This document shows, piece after piece, positions 12,736 to 26,201 of a stretch of DNA of 64,000 nt. The notes under the pieces were generated by a model. The model was not told the origin of the DNA and made no database searches. It saw only the letters and a list, made by a program, of their open reading frames with translations. The stretch covers positions 367,412,001 through 367,476,000 of the forward strand of contig OZ024743.1 of assembly GCA_964016885.1 (NCBI GenBank), read 5' to 3'. How positions within the stretch are numbered: the stretch's first letter is position 1; each line of letters opens with the position of its first letter. Both the position numbers and the translations under genes were made by a program. This DNA comes from Eledone cirrhosa (Eukaryota).

Positions 12736-13229
12736 CAAAAATGATAATTAATAGGCATAACTATGAACTAAATTTATTGATATTATAATTTGTCTGTCTA
12801 TCTTTTATTGAAGCATTAAATCAGCTAATGTTAAACCGTTCGCTCCTTCTCACTCTTTAGTTTTCCCAACCTTTACTTAAGCAGGTAGAAAGTAGTGTCA
12901 TAAATTCAAAGGTTATTATTGCTGTCTATTTCTTTGTGAGAAGACTACTAAACTACAAGTTAGATAATTACTATTAGTGAAGCGTTTTTAAAGAAAAAAA
13001 AAAGAGAAAAAATAAGAAGAGAAAAATAGTTCAATGCACTTTGCTTAAGTAATATCACAAACAGAAAACAGAAGTATGCAAAAAGTTTGCAGTTTCCACA
13101 GAATTCTTCTTATTGTTATAATCTAAGAAATATTTAAACTATAAAAACTGCTAGATTATTTACTGTATATACTGTAAATGTTGAACACAGATAATGTAAA
13201 CAGTAATAAACAATCACCATCATCATGCT

Positions 13230-14290
13230 GAGTCTCTTCTCCCCCAATGAACATCAGTATGGTTTCTATATAGATATTCCAGAGACTAGCTCTTCTATGT
13301 CGCACCTCAATGTTCTTTCACCTTTTAGGACTTTGACAAAAATAATGTTGTTGCACCCAAAATAAAAACCCTATTTTGCATGAGAACCTCATAACAAAAT
13401 TTTGCATATGGTTCACAAACATATCGCATTTCTTGAAGCAGAAGTTTTCTGTCAGAACCTTCTATTGATGATTCCATTGATAGAGGCTCACACTAAACCA
13501 CAACATCCATTTTTATTTATAAGAAGTTTAGTTATGCCTTCTGTACGCTAACCACAGTGGCTTACATAAATGATACCACTTTTAACTTTCTGTATCCATG
13601 CATCAGCCACACCCAACCACTCAATCAAGACACCATATGCCAAGTTTGTACTGCTTTCATGAATAGAAATCTAGAAAACAGCATTCAATTAGAATGTGGC
13701 AGCCTAAGTTCCTTTAACAGCACAAAGACAAAATCGTTGCACATTGAAGAAACAGACTTGCATGATACTTTTCTGACATTTTCACAACACACAACAATAA
13801 CATTCTTCATGTTGCTACAAATGCTAAGTCTCACAATATTTTATAATGGCCTTTCACAGGGACCTGACATATATAACATTACCAAACCTGTATCCCAAAG
13901 ATTAAGCTTTCTTTTCAGGATTACAAAACATTCTAATGCTTATCAGTTGCTCACCAATAACAAGCAATACTGAACTATAACCAACATTAAAATACTTCTC
14001 GATCACCTTGGATAGTACAGTTGCTATGTACACACACATTCTTGGTCATATCTAAAATGCTATATTCACTAGCCCAGAAACACATTGCTTCTTTTCTGAA
14101 TCTCACTTGTCATTATGACAATGGCTTCTCTTCTTCTGAACTAGTAGGATGCATCAGTGAATCAGTGAAATTATCATCTTTAGTGAGCACTAAAAATAGT
14201 TTTGCATATCCTTTGAATTACACTCTGCACCGTGCTATTTCCACCAAGAGTTCAAATAAATTATTCAACTCAAATCTCTGCCAGTCTAAA
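13230..14290 (+). pseudogene. Heavily degraded LINE RT remnant (CR1/L2 group)
   Basis: Fragments AYINDTTF (YADD-like position), FNSTKTKSL, ITKPVSQRLSFLFR and HYDNGFSSSELVG resemble RT and C-terminal motifs; many stops. Confidence 0.4.
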
Positions 14291-15559
14291 TGGGGGTAGA
14301 AAAAGTATATGAGCAAAAATAGAAGCAAGTACAGCCTCTCCTCTTCAGACTGATTCATGTATATAAAAATTATGGATGAAGAGATGAGGGAGGTAGTTCT
14401 GGAAGACGAACAAATCCTAATTTTACATTATATGGTGTAACTAGAAGAAATTTATGAATTTTATTGCTAGAAATATGATATCAGTGAATGAATCAAAAGA
14501 CCCAGTCTTCCAAAATGTGAATCAATTAACAACACAAAGAACACTGAAGTTGTAGCTAGAGTATATTTATTGTGTGGTGTATGATAAAATATGGCTGGTT
14601 GAGGTAGAAAGTAAATTCTACCTATGTAAATATAATTATTGATTAAACATTGAATTAGTAAGCTCAGATATATTCATGTGTTCTCTAGGTATGTCAATAA
14701 AAAAACTTCCACTTTTTGGTATTAATTCACCTGAGTTGTTTGAGAGAATTCTATTCATGTCTGCTTCCTGTAGGATTTCTTTAGTGATCATTGCCTGGCA
14801 GAGCACTGTTACCATGAGATTTTAATTATAATCATCTCTTAGCTATAATTTGTTAGCTTTGTGGCACTGTTCCATTCTTTGATAACATTTTTTGTGTTTA
14901 TTTGAAGAGGTGAAACGTGCATCAAATCAGGTTGACAATGACAGTGACTATCACATACAATATGCTACAGGCAGAAGCCTGGAGAGAAGTTGAAATATAG
15001 AAAAGAATGCTCATAAAATTAATATATATACACCGACTTTTACAACTGTGTATGAAAAATTGAAAATCTAATAATATGTTCTGCTGATTAATAATATGTT
15101 ATGTTAGTAGAGTTTAGCCAAAACTCATCCATTTCTTTATTTTTAAAGGTAGTTGAAATCAATTAAACAATGGAACCCATGCTTTTATCCCAAAATTTCA
15201 AGTATGACTGAACACTTGCTTAGAAGTATTCAGATTAACATAAATGACAATAACAGCTAAAAAATAGCTGAAGCCAAAGATATAAATAAAACAAAGACAA
15301 AAAATAGTCCCGAGCTACTTTGAAAATTGCCTCAAATTTTACACCTCACATGGACGTTTATAAAAGTACTTCACAGTCAGTGAAGATGAACATTTCATAT
15401 ATGTGTGCAATAGGAAAAGCTTTGAAAAGTTTATACAAATAATCAAAAAGTTTAAATGAAGTTGTCTGTTTTATTTACATCCAGCAATAAAGTGTATATG
15501 AATTGTGGAAAGACATCAACATTAAACCCCTTAACCAAATGTATGGTTGAACTTTCAAA

Positions 15560-16468
15560 TCCACTTTGCATAGATCGACTCTAGATGTGTTAACTCTATA
15601 TACACCAACTCTACATGAGTCAACTTTATATGTGTCAACTCTACATGAATCAATTATACAGGAATGAAATCTTTATACAGCAACTCTATGAATCAACTCT
15701 CTATATATGAAATTTACACGAATCAACTCTATATACATCAATTTTGCATGAATGAACTCTACATGGCTTATCTTTACATGAATCAATTTTATAAAGTTTA
15801 CCTCCACATGAATCAGTTCTGTACAAACCAACTCTACATATACTAAATCTACATGAATAATCTTTCCAGGAATCACCTCTACTTGAACCAACAACATGTG
15901 AATTAACTTTGCATGTGACAACTGTGCAAGAATCAATTCAACATAAATATCAACCCTACATGAGTCAACTTTACCTAAATGAACTCTACCTATATAAACT
16001 CTACATAAACTGTCTACATAAATCAACTACACATACATCAAATGTTCATGAATCAACTCTACATCAATCACTCCTATATGAATCAAATTTACATACATCA
16101 ACTCTACATGAAAGATATTTACATAAATGATCTTAACGTAAATGAAAACTATGTCAACTGACCATACAACACCTCTGCATGAATCAACTCTCTATATAAT
16201 CTCTACATGAATTAACTCTCCATGAAATTTTATGAGAATCAATTTTTCATATATTGATGCTGTATGAATCACTTCTACACAAATCAACTCTACATAAAAC
16301 ATATCCACATGAATAAATCTTACATTTGTCAACTTAACAGGAATCAACAATATATGAATAACCTCTACATGAGTCAACTCTATAGGAATCTATTCTACAT
16401 AAACCAACTCTTCATACGTCAATTCCTCATGTATTAAATCTACACAAACCAACTTTCTATGAATCAAT
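15560..16468. repeat. Degenerate 15-bp minisatellite, consensus ATGAATCAACTCTAC
   Basis: caactctacatgaat-like units recur about every 15 bp for ~900 bp. Confidence 0.9.
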
Positions 16469-17458
16469 GTGTATATATATATATAAATTTTGATAACTGT
16501 GATAGGTTTCTGCCAGTATTGGCCCAGGTCATGTCTAACTTAATACCTGGTGAAGTCTTTCAAATCATGATTTGGACGTCAAGTAGAGAGTTATTGTTTA
16601 CAGAGACATATTTGAGTGTAGGAGGATTATCTGGGATTTCTTGGAGGAATTTGTCCAAATACTTTTTGAATTTTATGGGATCTGTTTCTGTTTTTAGGTG
16701 AGTTGGTGCTATGTTAATGAGAGCGTAACCGGTTGAGGTGAAATAATTCTGCCATAATGTTGTTAGGAGATGCGAGTTTGATTTTTGTTGTGGGCAGATA
16801 GCACAGGGCCCAAGCCTTAGGTGTATTTTAAAGATAATGCTAACATCATTTGGGAAATGCTGATGGAATAATTTCCACATCATGCGGTGGTATTGGAGAG
16901 AGTAGAGTTTGAGCTGTTCAAGTCAACCTAAATAGTCAAAGCCTGTCATGCCGTCTATCGTTTTTGTGATTGACTTTTGAGGTGCTCCAATTTTCATAAT
17001 ACTTTGTTTCATGAGGGGAGACTACAGTCTACAAGGTGGGGCCAGGCAAAAGTAGAGAAGAGAAGGATAATAGTGTGGATATCTCTCAACTGGAAAGTTC
17101 TGAGAATTCAGAAACACATCCTCTGGACCATGTCACTTTTGCTGTTTATATGAGTAGCCCAGCTTATCGATAATTATTCCCAGGTCTCTGAAGTTATTAG
17201 ATGCCACAAGAGTTTCATCTGAGGGAAGGGAATATTATAGTTCCAGTGCATCCTCTTTTCCAAAGTGGATCAGTTTGAATTTGTCCTTGTTCAGTAGCAA
17301 ATTGTTTTTGTTCCACCCATTGGATAACAGCCAGTAGATCTGATTAGCGGCATGTTTGGTCATCCACTCCGTTGATGACCTTCTGGAGCTTGGAATCATC
17401 TGCAAAGATTCTTATGTTGCTGTGCTTGATGATGTTGATAATGTCATTGATATAAATG

Positions 17459-17555
17459 ATGTTTTCTACTTTTTGCACAAGGCAAGCAATTACCCCAGTG
17501 CATTACTGGTGCGTTATTTTATCGACCCCGTAAGGATGAAAGGCAAAGTTAACCT
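17459..17555 (-). mobile_element. 5'-truncated tRNA-derived SINE
   Basis: Tail and core only; bounded by the attgatataaat repeat. Confidence 0.85.
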
Positions 17556-17568
17556 ATTGATATAAATA

Positions 17569-17757
17569 ATTGTTTCTACTTTTGGCACAAGACCTGCAAT
17601 TACCCAGTGCATTACTGGTACTTTATTTTATCGACCCCGTAAGGATGAAAGGCAACGTTAACCTCGGCGGGATTTGAACTCAGAATGGCAAGGGCCGTAA
17701 CTCTATGCATCAAAGCATGGCGTCCGACCCTCTACCGATACTGCCAATCCACCACCC
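17569..17757 (-). mobile_element. Full-length tRNA-derived SINE
   Basis: Reverse complement of the 11301-11480 copy; A and B boxes present. Confidence 0.92.
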
Positions 17758-17770
17758 TATTGATATAAAT

Positions 17771-17960
17771 AATTGTTTCTACATTTGGCACAAGGCCAGC
17801 AATTACCCAGTGCATTACTGGTACTTTATTTTATCGACCCCGGAAGGATGAACGGCAAAGTTAACCTCGGCGGGATTTGAACTCAGATCATACAGGGAGG
17901 TAACTCTATGCTTCAAAGCATGGCATCCGACCCCCTACCGATATTGTCAATCCACCGCCT
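17771..17960 (-). mobile_element. Full-length tRNA-derived SINE
   Basis: As above; followed by ttgatataaataat. Confidence 0.92.
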
Positions 17961-20900
17961 TTTGATATAAATAATGAAGAGTAGTGGGACACCATAACTG
18001 ACTTTGGCTGGACTTGATTGTATTCCTTCGACAATAAATGTTGGGCTCTGTTTTTCAGAAAACAGTTGAGCCATTGTAGTAACTTTCCAGAGACACCAAT
18101 GTTGCTGAAATCAAGGTATATGACATCAGTATTGGAGCCCTCTCCTAAAGCTCTTAAAATGTCAGCAAAGTGGTGCAGGGGCTGTATTAGGCAATCCCTT
18201 CCATTATGGAATCCATGTTGGTTGAAGTTCAGCAGATTGTTGTTTTGAAGAAAGTGAGTTATTCATGATCTCACCACCCTTTCAAATACCTTAATGATAT
18301 GAGAGGTGAGTGAGATCGGATGGTAATTCACTAGGGATTTGTTTCCCTTTTTAAGAACTGGGAAAACAGACTGGGACAGAAAATTTTCAGGTATATAGTC
18401 ATTGTCCAGTGAGTTCCTCCACAGATTAGAGGAGATGCAGCTAGAGAAGATGCAAGTTGGTCTTGATACACCTTCAGGAGACTGCAGGGAACCTATCGGG
18501 GCATACTGCTGAGTTGTGTTTAATTTTGTTTATTGCCGCTAAGACAACAGGGGTGCCAAACGTTATGTCCGATAAAATGTGTTGGGGATTAACATCACTG
18601 ATGCAGCTCAGATCAGCCATATCAGGATTTCTGAAAACAGAGCAGTATTATTTCTGCAGTATCTCACCCAAGGTTTTAGCCTTGTCTTGGAGAGTGCTGT
18701 TATCATCAATCAGAGGGACAACAGCAGAGACAGTGACCTTGTGTTTTTTGCAAATGAAAAGAACACTTTGGGATTGAGTTTGATTTTCTCAATGGCCCAT
18801 TCCTCCTTAGCTGTTCTTTGGTTATTGATGGTTTTCATGTATTGTTGGAGGTTATATATTTTTTATTCAAGCTGTGTGATAGCAGTCGAATGTGTGTATT
18901 GTTGGCAGTGTTTTAGTTTGATAATTTCTTTTGTTTGTTTTTTTTACTTTTCTGATTATAGTTTTTCTGTTTTGGGTGATTCTGTACTTATTTTTTTCAC
19001 AGATCTTATTGGGGTGTGTTTTGCACATATGTTTGTAATAGTGTCTACAAATATCTGTCGGGATGTTTTGATGTTGGTGGAGATATGTGCATGTGTGAAA
19101 GATCAGTCAACATGTGATAGATTGTTAGTGATTGCAACCCATTTGGCATTATAAAGACCCATGTTATCAAATGGGTGGGCTGGAGAGAGAGATCATTGGG
19201 TTTAACTTTTGGCTGGTCGAATCTTAGGTTACAGAGAACCATGTCGTGGTCTGAGAGAAGGGTTTTTTCCACTGTAATATTATGTATAGTGTGTGTGGTT
19301 ACTAAAAACTACGTCCAAAATGTTTTTCTGATGTCTTGTTGGTGCAAGGACAAGTTGAGACAAGAAAAATTCATCAATAAAGTCGAGAAGTGACTCTACT
19401 GCTTCTTTGTCAGTGTTTGAGGTGGAAGTGCCTGGTTTCAAACTGTTTGTAGACCAATCAATACAGGGTACATTAAAGTATCCTATCATAAGTATGAAAC
19501 CAAAATAGTACTGTTGTATAAAACATTTGATGTTGTTGAGGCATTCTTTAAAGTGTAGTATGGGTGTTTAGGATGGCCTATAGAGCCGAACTACTATCAA
19601 ATCATTGGCTTTGTTGTGCATGGTGACTGATTCATAATAGTCATTGGAGAATATATTTCCATCTGCTGTAAAGGAATCATGCAGGAAAATGGCAGTTCTT
19701 CTCTTTCTTCTTCCGGCACGATCTGCGTGGATGGTTGTAAAATTCCTCACCTTCACTTTGGCTTCCAAGTGAGAGTTGTCAAGATGGGTCTCAGTTAGGA
19801 TGAAGAAAGGGATGTGGTCTAAATGGTTGTCAAAGCAATCCTCAATGGATTGGATGATCTTTCATTTTTGTGTATTGGTGGAAGGGCTAACAACTTGTAC
19901 ATTAAGTAGAAATGCTGAGGCTGGAGTAATGGCTGGTTTTGACTGTTTAAGGGGGCTTGTTTTGTGTTTGTTAGTGACAGCAATGGGGGGAGTTGCTGCA
20001 CTGGGATAATAGAAGAGGTTGGCATTGTGTGATAGCTAGAAGGTTTTTTTAATCTCTTTTGCCAAGTTCATCATGGCTAAAAAAGAGTTTTCTTGTTTAG
20101 AGAACAGTTGCTGACTGGCGGTGTGGTTGCACTGTTGGACAAGGTTATAGTTTCTACTTTTGGTTGTGTTTTTATACCTTTGTGAAAATTCTGGACCAGC
20201 AGGGGATGATTTTACTGTGGTTAGAAGTTGGCTTGGAGCTCCATTTCTGCTAGTGTGTTGAGTCCCTGGAAGATGAGTGAGGGGACAGTCATGTTGCAGA
20301 CATAGTCTCTCATGTAGGGAATATTGGCAGATTTTAGGATTCCGGGGTTATGCTTGTTTTAGCATTTGATTTAGTATTTGATGGTGTTGGTATCATTGTG
20401 GGATGTGTGCTTTGACTTTGGCTGGTAGTGTTCATATGAATTGTGCATCTTGTCCCAGGTAGATGTGTGAAGATGCAGCTACTGCATGTGCAGAGCCTCT
20501 GGTGTAGTGAATAATGGCATATTTTAGGGTTTCTTGTTTGAACTGGGATATGTATGTGTGTGTGTGTGGGGGGGGGGGGGGGGGCATCGTACTTTATAGA
20601 TTTCGACAGTTTTTTATAGTACTGTCAGATTGTGTTGGAGATGTAGCGGAAGAAAGTAGTGGTTTATTATTAGCTGAGGTGATAAAGTGTTAATAGTAGT
20701 AGCAGTAGAAGGTGACGACAATGATGATGATGACAAGTGTGGTGGTTGCTGACGTTGAGCACTTATTCAGTGAAAATAGTTAATGAGAACATGATGTGTT
20801 ACTGACTGTGTGATTATGTAAATCTTCTATTGTGCTTAAATTTAAGAGTGGCTCTTCCTGTTGCTGTTCTTCTTGATTCGCTTGACCAATATTTGAAGAA

Positions 20901-21160
20901 AATATATGGTGAGGTTTTTCAAAGTTGATATGAATGAGACCTTGATGTGTTTAAGTTTGCTTTGTATCTGCTTCACAGACCACATGTTGAATATTTGGCT
21001 GTATTTTTGGCAATATAATTCAGACATGTAGTTCCTATATTTTCAGTTTGAGAGAGACAAGACCATGCATTTATGAGGAGACCAATTTCATTTGTTGTAA
21101 ATGTGTTGATTAGTCATTACACATACACACACATACACACACACACACACACATACACAT

Positions 21161-21193
<33 letters not shown>

Positions 21194-21299
21194 CAATCAT
21201 CATCTATAATTTAATTTCTTTGATTGAATAAACATATGAAAATACCTAAAACTTTCAAAACCCTATGCTATTGCTGTTAAATGTATATGATAAATGTAT

Positions 21300-21600
21300 G
21301 TTAACCAGCTTCTTGTAGTATAGATCTCTTGGTTAATGTAAAAGATGTCATTCTTTAACTGTATCAACATAAATGCATTTAGCTCCTTCCTACAAATTGG
21401 AATTTTCCTGATAATATTCCATGCTCTTCCTTTGACTGACAACAACACCATCATTTTCTTACAATACAAAACCTTACTATAGACACAATTCTTTACCAGC
21501 CTTTTCCTTAGCAATATGCACACTAAGAAAACCTTTTCCATCTGCGATGGCTATTGTTGTTTAAAAGGGTTTTCCTAGAAATCTCAACATTTAATACAAT
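21300..21600 (-). pseudogene. Possible decayed hAT-like transposase C-terminus
   Basis: Minus-strand agccatcgcagatggaaaaggttttct resembles a frameshifted SHG..ADVERGFS motif, followed by RLVKNCV..MVLLSVKGRAW. Weak. Confidence 0.25.
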
Positions 21601-22204
21601 GGTGAACAAGAATTCTCAAAGGCTTTCATTTTCATCAATGTTCTTCAATAAACTACATTTACAAGAAATCCTACAATAAACCTGTAAGAATAAATAAGGA
21701 GTATGCTGCAAGCTGCTGACACTGAACAATTAAGTAAACTACAAGTTTTAAAGTCTCTCAAAAATATTAAATTTGTAACAAAACACTTAAAACCTTTTAT
21801 AACAAATATAGTATTTTTCCTAAAATACAAGCAACTACAAGGATTATAATTTCCTGTATTATTTATTTCATTTTTAGAGTGCATATTTAGAATATTTATA
21901 TCTACACTACATTTTGACAGTTTGGTCTCTGATTCTTATAAAGTGTCTTATTCCTGCTTATGTTCCAAACTGGATTCTGTGAGCCTTCATTTCTAAATTC
22001 AGATTAATCTAAAAGGTTAGTCACTTAGTTTGAATCCAGTCTGAGACCATGTACATATTCAAAAATAAGTCACCTAATAGCAAGTGGCTGAGATTTGGTG
22101 TAGAAATAGATAATGTAAAAATAAACTCTAAATAGGAAGTTAACGACCATGGAAATTTTAATTTTAATAATATCAAACCATATATTCAAATTTATTTTGT
22201 GTCT

Positions 22205-22420
22205 CATTTTTCAGGCACAGTGCTCCTCCATTCTTGAGCCCCCAAACAGCCTTCATTGAGAAAACCTATATTCAAAGGAATTCCAGACTCAATTTCAATG
22301 GTGTTTTTAATATCTAGGATTACAGTATCCAATGTGTTCTTTTTTAAGATAGTCGGTTTTAATCCAGAGGAGATGTAGCTGCTATTTCTAACAAGTCAGA
22401 GGCTCTCTTGTTGGTTCTCC
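22205..22420 (-). mobile_element. Second SINE-like interspersed repeat family, degenerate
   Basis: ttttcaggcacagt, tccaatgtgttctttttt, ggagat.tagctgctatttcta shared with ~22790-22866, 31540-31740 and ~62660-62760. Strand inferred from the (CAA)n-like tail of the 31540 copy. Confidence 0.55.
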
Positions 22421-22429
22421 CTTTTTCAA

Positions 22430-22612
22430 GAATAGGGTAGAGCTTTTTTAAGGTGGCAAACTGTTGCAGTCATTAGAGTTTTAGATAGAACACCTAGTCT
22501 TATTCATTCCAGTTCTCTGTGCTATGAGTTGAAATCTCTGAGGTCAGATTTACATTTAATCCTTTTGGAGTTGATAAACACAATACCAGTCTCGAATGCT
22601 AGATTGATTGAA
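22430..22612 (+). mobile_element. Old degenerate tRNA-derived SINE
   Basis: gagttgaaatctc (B-box-like) followed by tttaatccttttggagttgataaa..taccagt core. Confidence 0.5.
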
Positions 22613-23669
22613 AGGTTAGAACATCAAACAAGATACCTTACAACATCTGCTCCAAACTATGCATGACCAGAGCTAATCATGTAACCACAGAAGAACCCCA
22701 TCAAACTTACAAATGGCCAGCATGGAGAGGTAAGCCTACAATCAGCATGCTGAGAATTCATTCAGTAGTGGATAAAAAAATGCCTGAATGGAGGATATGA
22801 TTTGAGGCAGATTTTGCAGCTATTTTTAGCACTTCAAGACATTGCAGAGAGGATCCTTTGTTGGCTTGAAATTCATCTTTATCTTTTAGCTAGCTAGACT
22901 TTTTTTTTTTACAAAATGACAGTGAGACATGCTGGATGGGTGGGTGGTGGTATTCTTAAAAAGTAGACCGGGCCTGAATGCATACAACAGTGTGAACTCC
23001 ACTAAAGGCACCCATGGGCCAGGTGGTGGTGTTAAATTGGGGCACAGATTAACTCTACCACCTAAGTAGGTCTCAGTATATGAATTTAGAATGCAAAGAG
23101 TTGGAGCAAATAATGCAAGGCATCTCATACAACATTGTGAAAATTCTGCTAATCTACCACTCTGGGCAGGTATTTTTTTTTATCAACTTTGAAAGGATCA
23201 AAGAAAAAATTGACTTCAACGAGGACAGCTGGAACAAACACCACAAGGCATTTCATCCTATGCTCTAACGACTGCTAATTCACCAGTTGGCGATTGTATT
23301 TCTACCCTTGAACCTCAAACTAAGTGTTAATAATTTTAGTCAAATGTATAGCCTAAAACAAAAAATAAATAAATAAATGAATAAATATTACCAACATAAG
23401 ACAAACAAATATGTATACAAACTGTCTGATCTATGTAATTAAAGTGATTGATAAAAGTGCAATTATCAATAATTAGCTGCCAATCACATTTAAAAATGTA
23501 GAAGTAACTGGTTTTGGGGTATTGTGATTATTTTTAATAACTACTTGAATGTCTTGTTAAATTTATATGATGAGTTTACTGAAAAGGAAATTAATTTTAA
23601 ATACAAAAGAAAACCACAAACAAAACTGAATATTTTCCATTTATGCTATCACACAAAATATAATAATAT

Positions 23670-26173
23670 CTGAAGATGTCGCAGCCTCAGCGCATGTCTG
23701 TGCATCATTAGCCACAGCATGCCCAGCCCTCCGCATAGAGGGTGCTGGCAGCAGATGAACCGCCTCACCAACAGCACTTGTCCTCTCCACAAGAATTTGA
23801 AGAGGAGTCATTCCAACTTAGCAAGGCATGACGGTCAGGCGTTAGTAGATGATGGACGCGATGTACGCATTTGCTACCTCCATGCGACCTTTCAGTGATC
23901 GCTTCCTCGCAGCCCATTTTTGGGTGAGTAACTTTACCAGTCCGTCCAGCGCCCCACAACGCTGTTGCAGGCATGGACTTGGCCCTCCAGGTGCTGAGCT
24001 GCAAGCCCACCGACTTTTCCGGGTTAAGTTTGGCTCCTGTCAACCTTTCATATTCCTTCAATAAGGTACTGACCACCTCGATTTCCGAGGTATCCAATAC
24101 CATCACGGTGATGTCATCCACATAAGCCGACACAGCCTTTCCGCGTCCCGGTTCGTGTGGGATGCCCTGCAACAGCTTCAGCTTCTGCAGTAAAGACTCG
24201 AGAGTCAATACGTACAGAATGGAAGAGAGAAGGCACCCTTGATGGACCGATCAGGAGAGCCGAAACGGTTCCGAGAAGTGGCCATTAACCTTGACCACCG
24301 AGCAGGTGCCGCTGTGCATTGCAGTGATCCAGCTTCTGAAGACAGGGCTGATGCCAGCTGCTTTGAGGACAGCCTCCAGATACCGATGTTCGACTCTATC
24401 GAATGCTTTCGATTGATCTAAATTGATCAGTGCCCCACCGAAGTCAGGTTTACACCCTACCCTCTCTATGATGTATCGCATGAGGTGGAGGTTGTCATGT
24501 ATGGACCTGGTTGGGATTGTGCAAGTTTGCGCCTCCCCAACCAAATCCTCGATGACAAGCGCCAATCTCTTTGCTAACACCTTGGCCAAAATCTTAAACT
24601 CTGTGTTGAGCAGAGTTATGGGCCTGAAGTTGTCTAATAAGTCCCTCTTGTTCTAGTCTTTCCTTATCAGCATCACCACTCCCTTGCTCACAGAACTCGG
24701 AATACTCCCATTCTGCTGCCAGTTGCAATAGAGCGCTTCGAAGAGATTGGAGGACAAGTCTGGCATATTTACGTAAAGCTCGTAGGGCAGGCCATCCAAC
24801 CCGAGTGACTCGTGCCTCGTGCAGCCGACAAAGGCGTCCTGAATTTCGGCTGAAGTAATCAGCCTTTCGCAGAGTTCAGCGTTGACTGTCGAGATGCATG
24901 GCAAGCGAACAAGGTAGGGACTGAAGTCCGCTACTGTCTCTGACCTGCCACTCTCCCCGAACAACTGAGCAAAGTGCTGGCGAAAGGCCTCACACATCCG
25001 CTTGGAATCGCTTATCTCGTGTCCGTTTCAGTCCGCCAAAGACCGAATTGTGGTTTTATTACCCCGCTGAGCTTCCGCCACGCTGGCCCATCGAACAGAT
25101 TTGGTTCCCTTGTTTCTCAGAGCATGCGTCTTAGCTCTAACAATGCAACCTTCGTGTTTCACATTGAAGAAATGGTCTAATGCCATTCTCGCCACTAGCA
25201 TGTCCGTTGCAATGCCACTACAAATAGCCTCATCAAACTTATCTACCAACTCCCCTTCCTTTCTATTTGTCTCTAACGCTAGTTCTTTACTAAACCCTAT
25301 CGAAGTTACTCTAATCTCTCTTTTGAGAGCCCCCCACCATCTGTTGTTGACGATCTCCCCTGTCAATTTTTGCTTAACTAAATTGTTGACCCAGTCATGT
25401 AACCCTTACAAGCCGGAAATGACATGTTCAGCTTCCAGTAACCAAGTTCTAACCTACGCGTTTTATCTCGGTCGACTATACAGATCACAAATTTGTGATC
25501 TGAATAGGCGACCATTTTAAAAAGTGGGCAGCCTACACTATTTCTATCTATTTTCCTAATGAAGATCCTGTCTATATACGATCTAGATGATCCTATGCAG
25601 TTGGTCGACATCCACACTGGCGCATTGGGGAAATCTAGTCGGTACCTATCAGACAGTTGGAACTGGCTGATTAGGTGCTTGAGGCTTTTGCACCCCCCGC
25701 TCCTATCAGCTACTCCCACACAATCCCAGCGTGCGTCTAAGATGCCGTTCCAGTCCCCCACTAACAGTAAAGAGTGAGACGTATCCAGAAAGGCTTCCAG
25801 GTGCCTAAAGAAGTCCAGTTGTCCGGCACCGGTAGTGGCGTAGACGGTCAGCAGTCTAAAGGCACCACCTTCGCTATTGCTCACACCCAGGACCACCAAC
25901 TTACCATCCGGGTCCCGGAAGATCGACCTTACCTCGAGATCTAGGCCTTTCCTAAACAGTACTGCTACCCCACCTCCCATTCCCAGCCTGCTAACAGATG
26001 CAAAGATCTGATAGTCGTCAAAAACAGGGGCTAGTGCACGCGTGTCGGAAATCTTGGACTTGTTGACGGCAATCACATCCATTTCCAGAGACCTGAGGTC
26101 ATTGAGCAGGTGACCCTGCTTCCAGGGTGACCCCCAGGCCATTTTTCCTATTTCCTATTTTTAATATGGCCAT
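23670..26173 (-). pseudogene. Tx1-like ORF2 (APE endonuclease plus reverse transcriptase), disrupted
   Basis: GGGVAVLF, LVGDWNGIL, SYIDRIF, SDHKFV, GYWKLN, GLDGLPYELY, DQSKAFDRVEH, QGCLLSSILYVL, AYVDDITV, GAKLNPEKS. Confidence 0.9.
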
Positions 26174-26201
26174 GTTGGCAAGCTAAAAGAGAGAGGAAGG
26201 T

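Larger units (their letters stand above)
16470..20545 (-). mobile_element. Degraded, near full-length CR1-clade LINE, interrupted by SINEs
   Basis: APE endonuclease fragments (FFILTETHL, VVRLYRP, IGYFNVPCIDW, PTRHQKNILDVVF, LSDHDMV); RT (TDVIYLDFS ~18110-18130, IRIFADDSKL ~17390-17415); C-terminus FKKYLDKFLQEIPDNP..NNNSL; (TA)n at the 3' end; CCCH fingers in ORF1. Confidence 0.9.

Noticed and set aside
20830-21120. Possible Penelope N-terminal remnant
   Set aside because: No diagnostic motif recoverable by eye.
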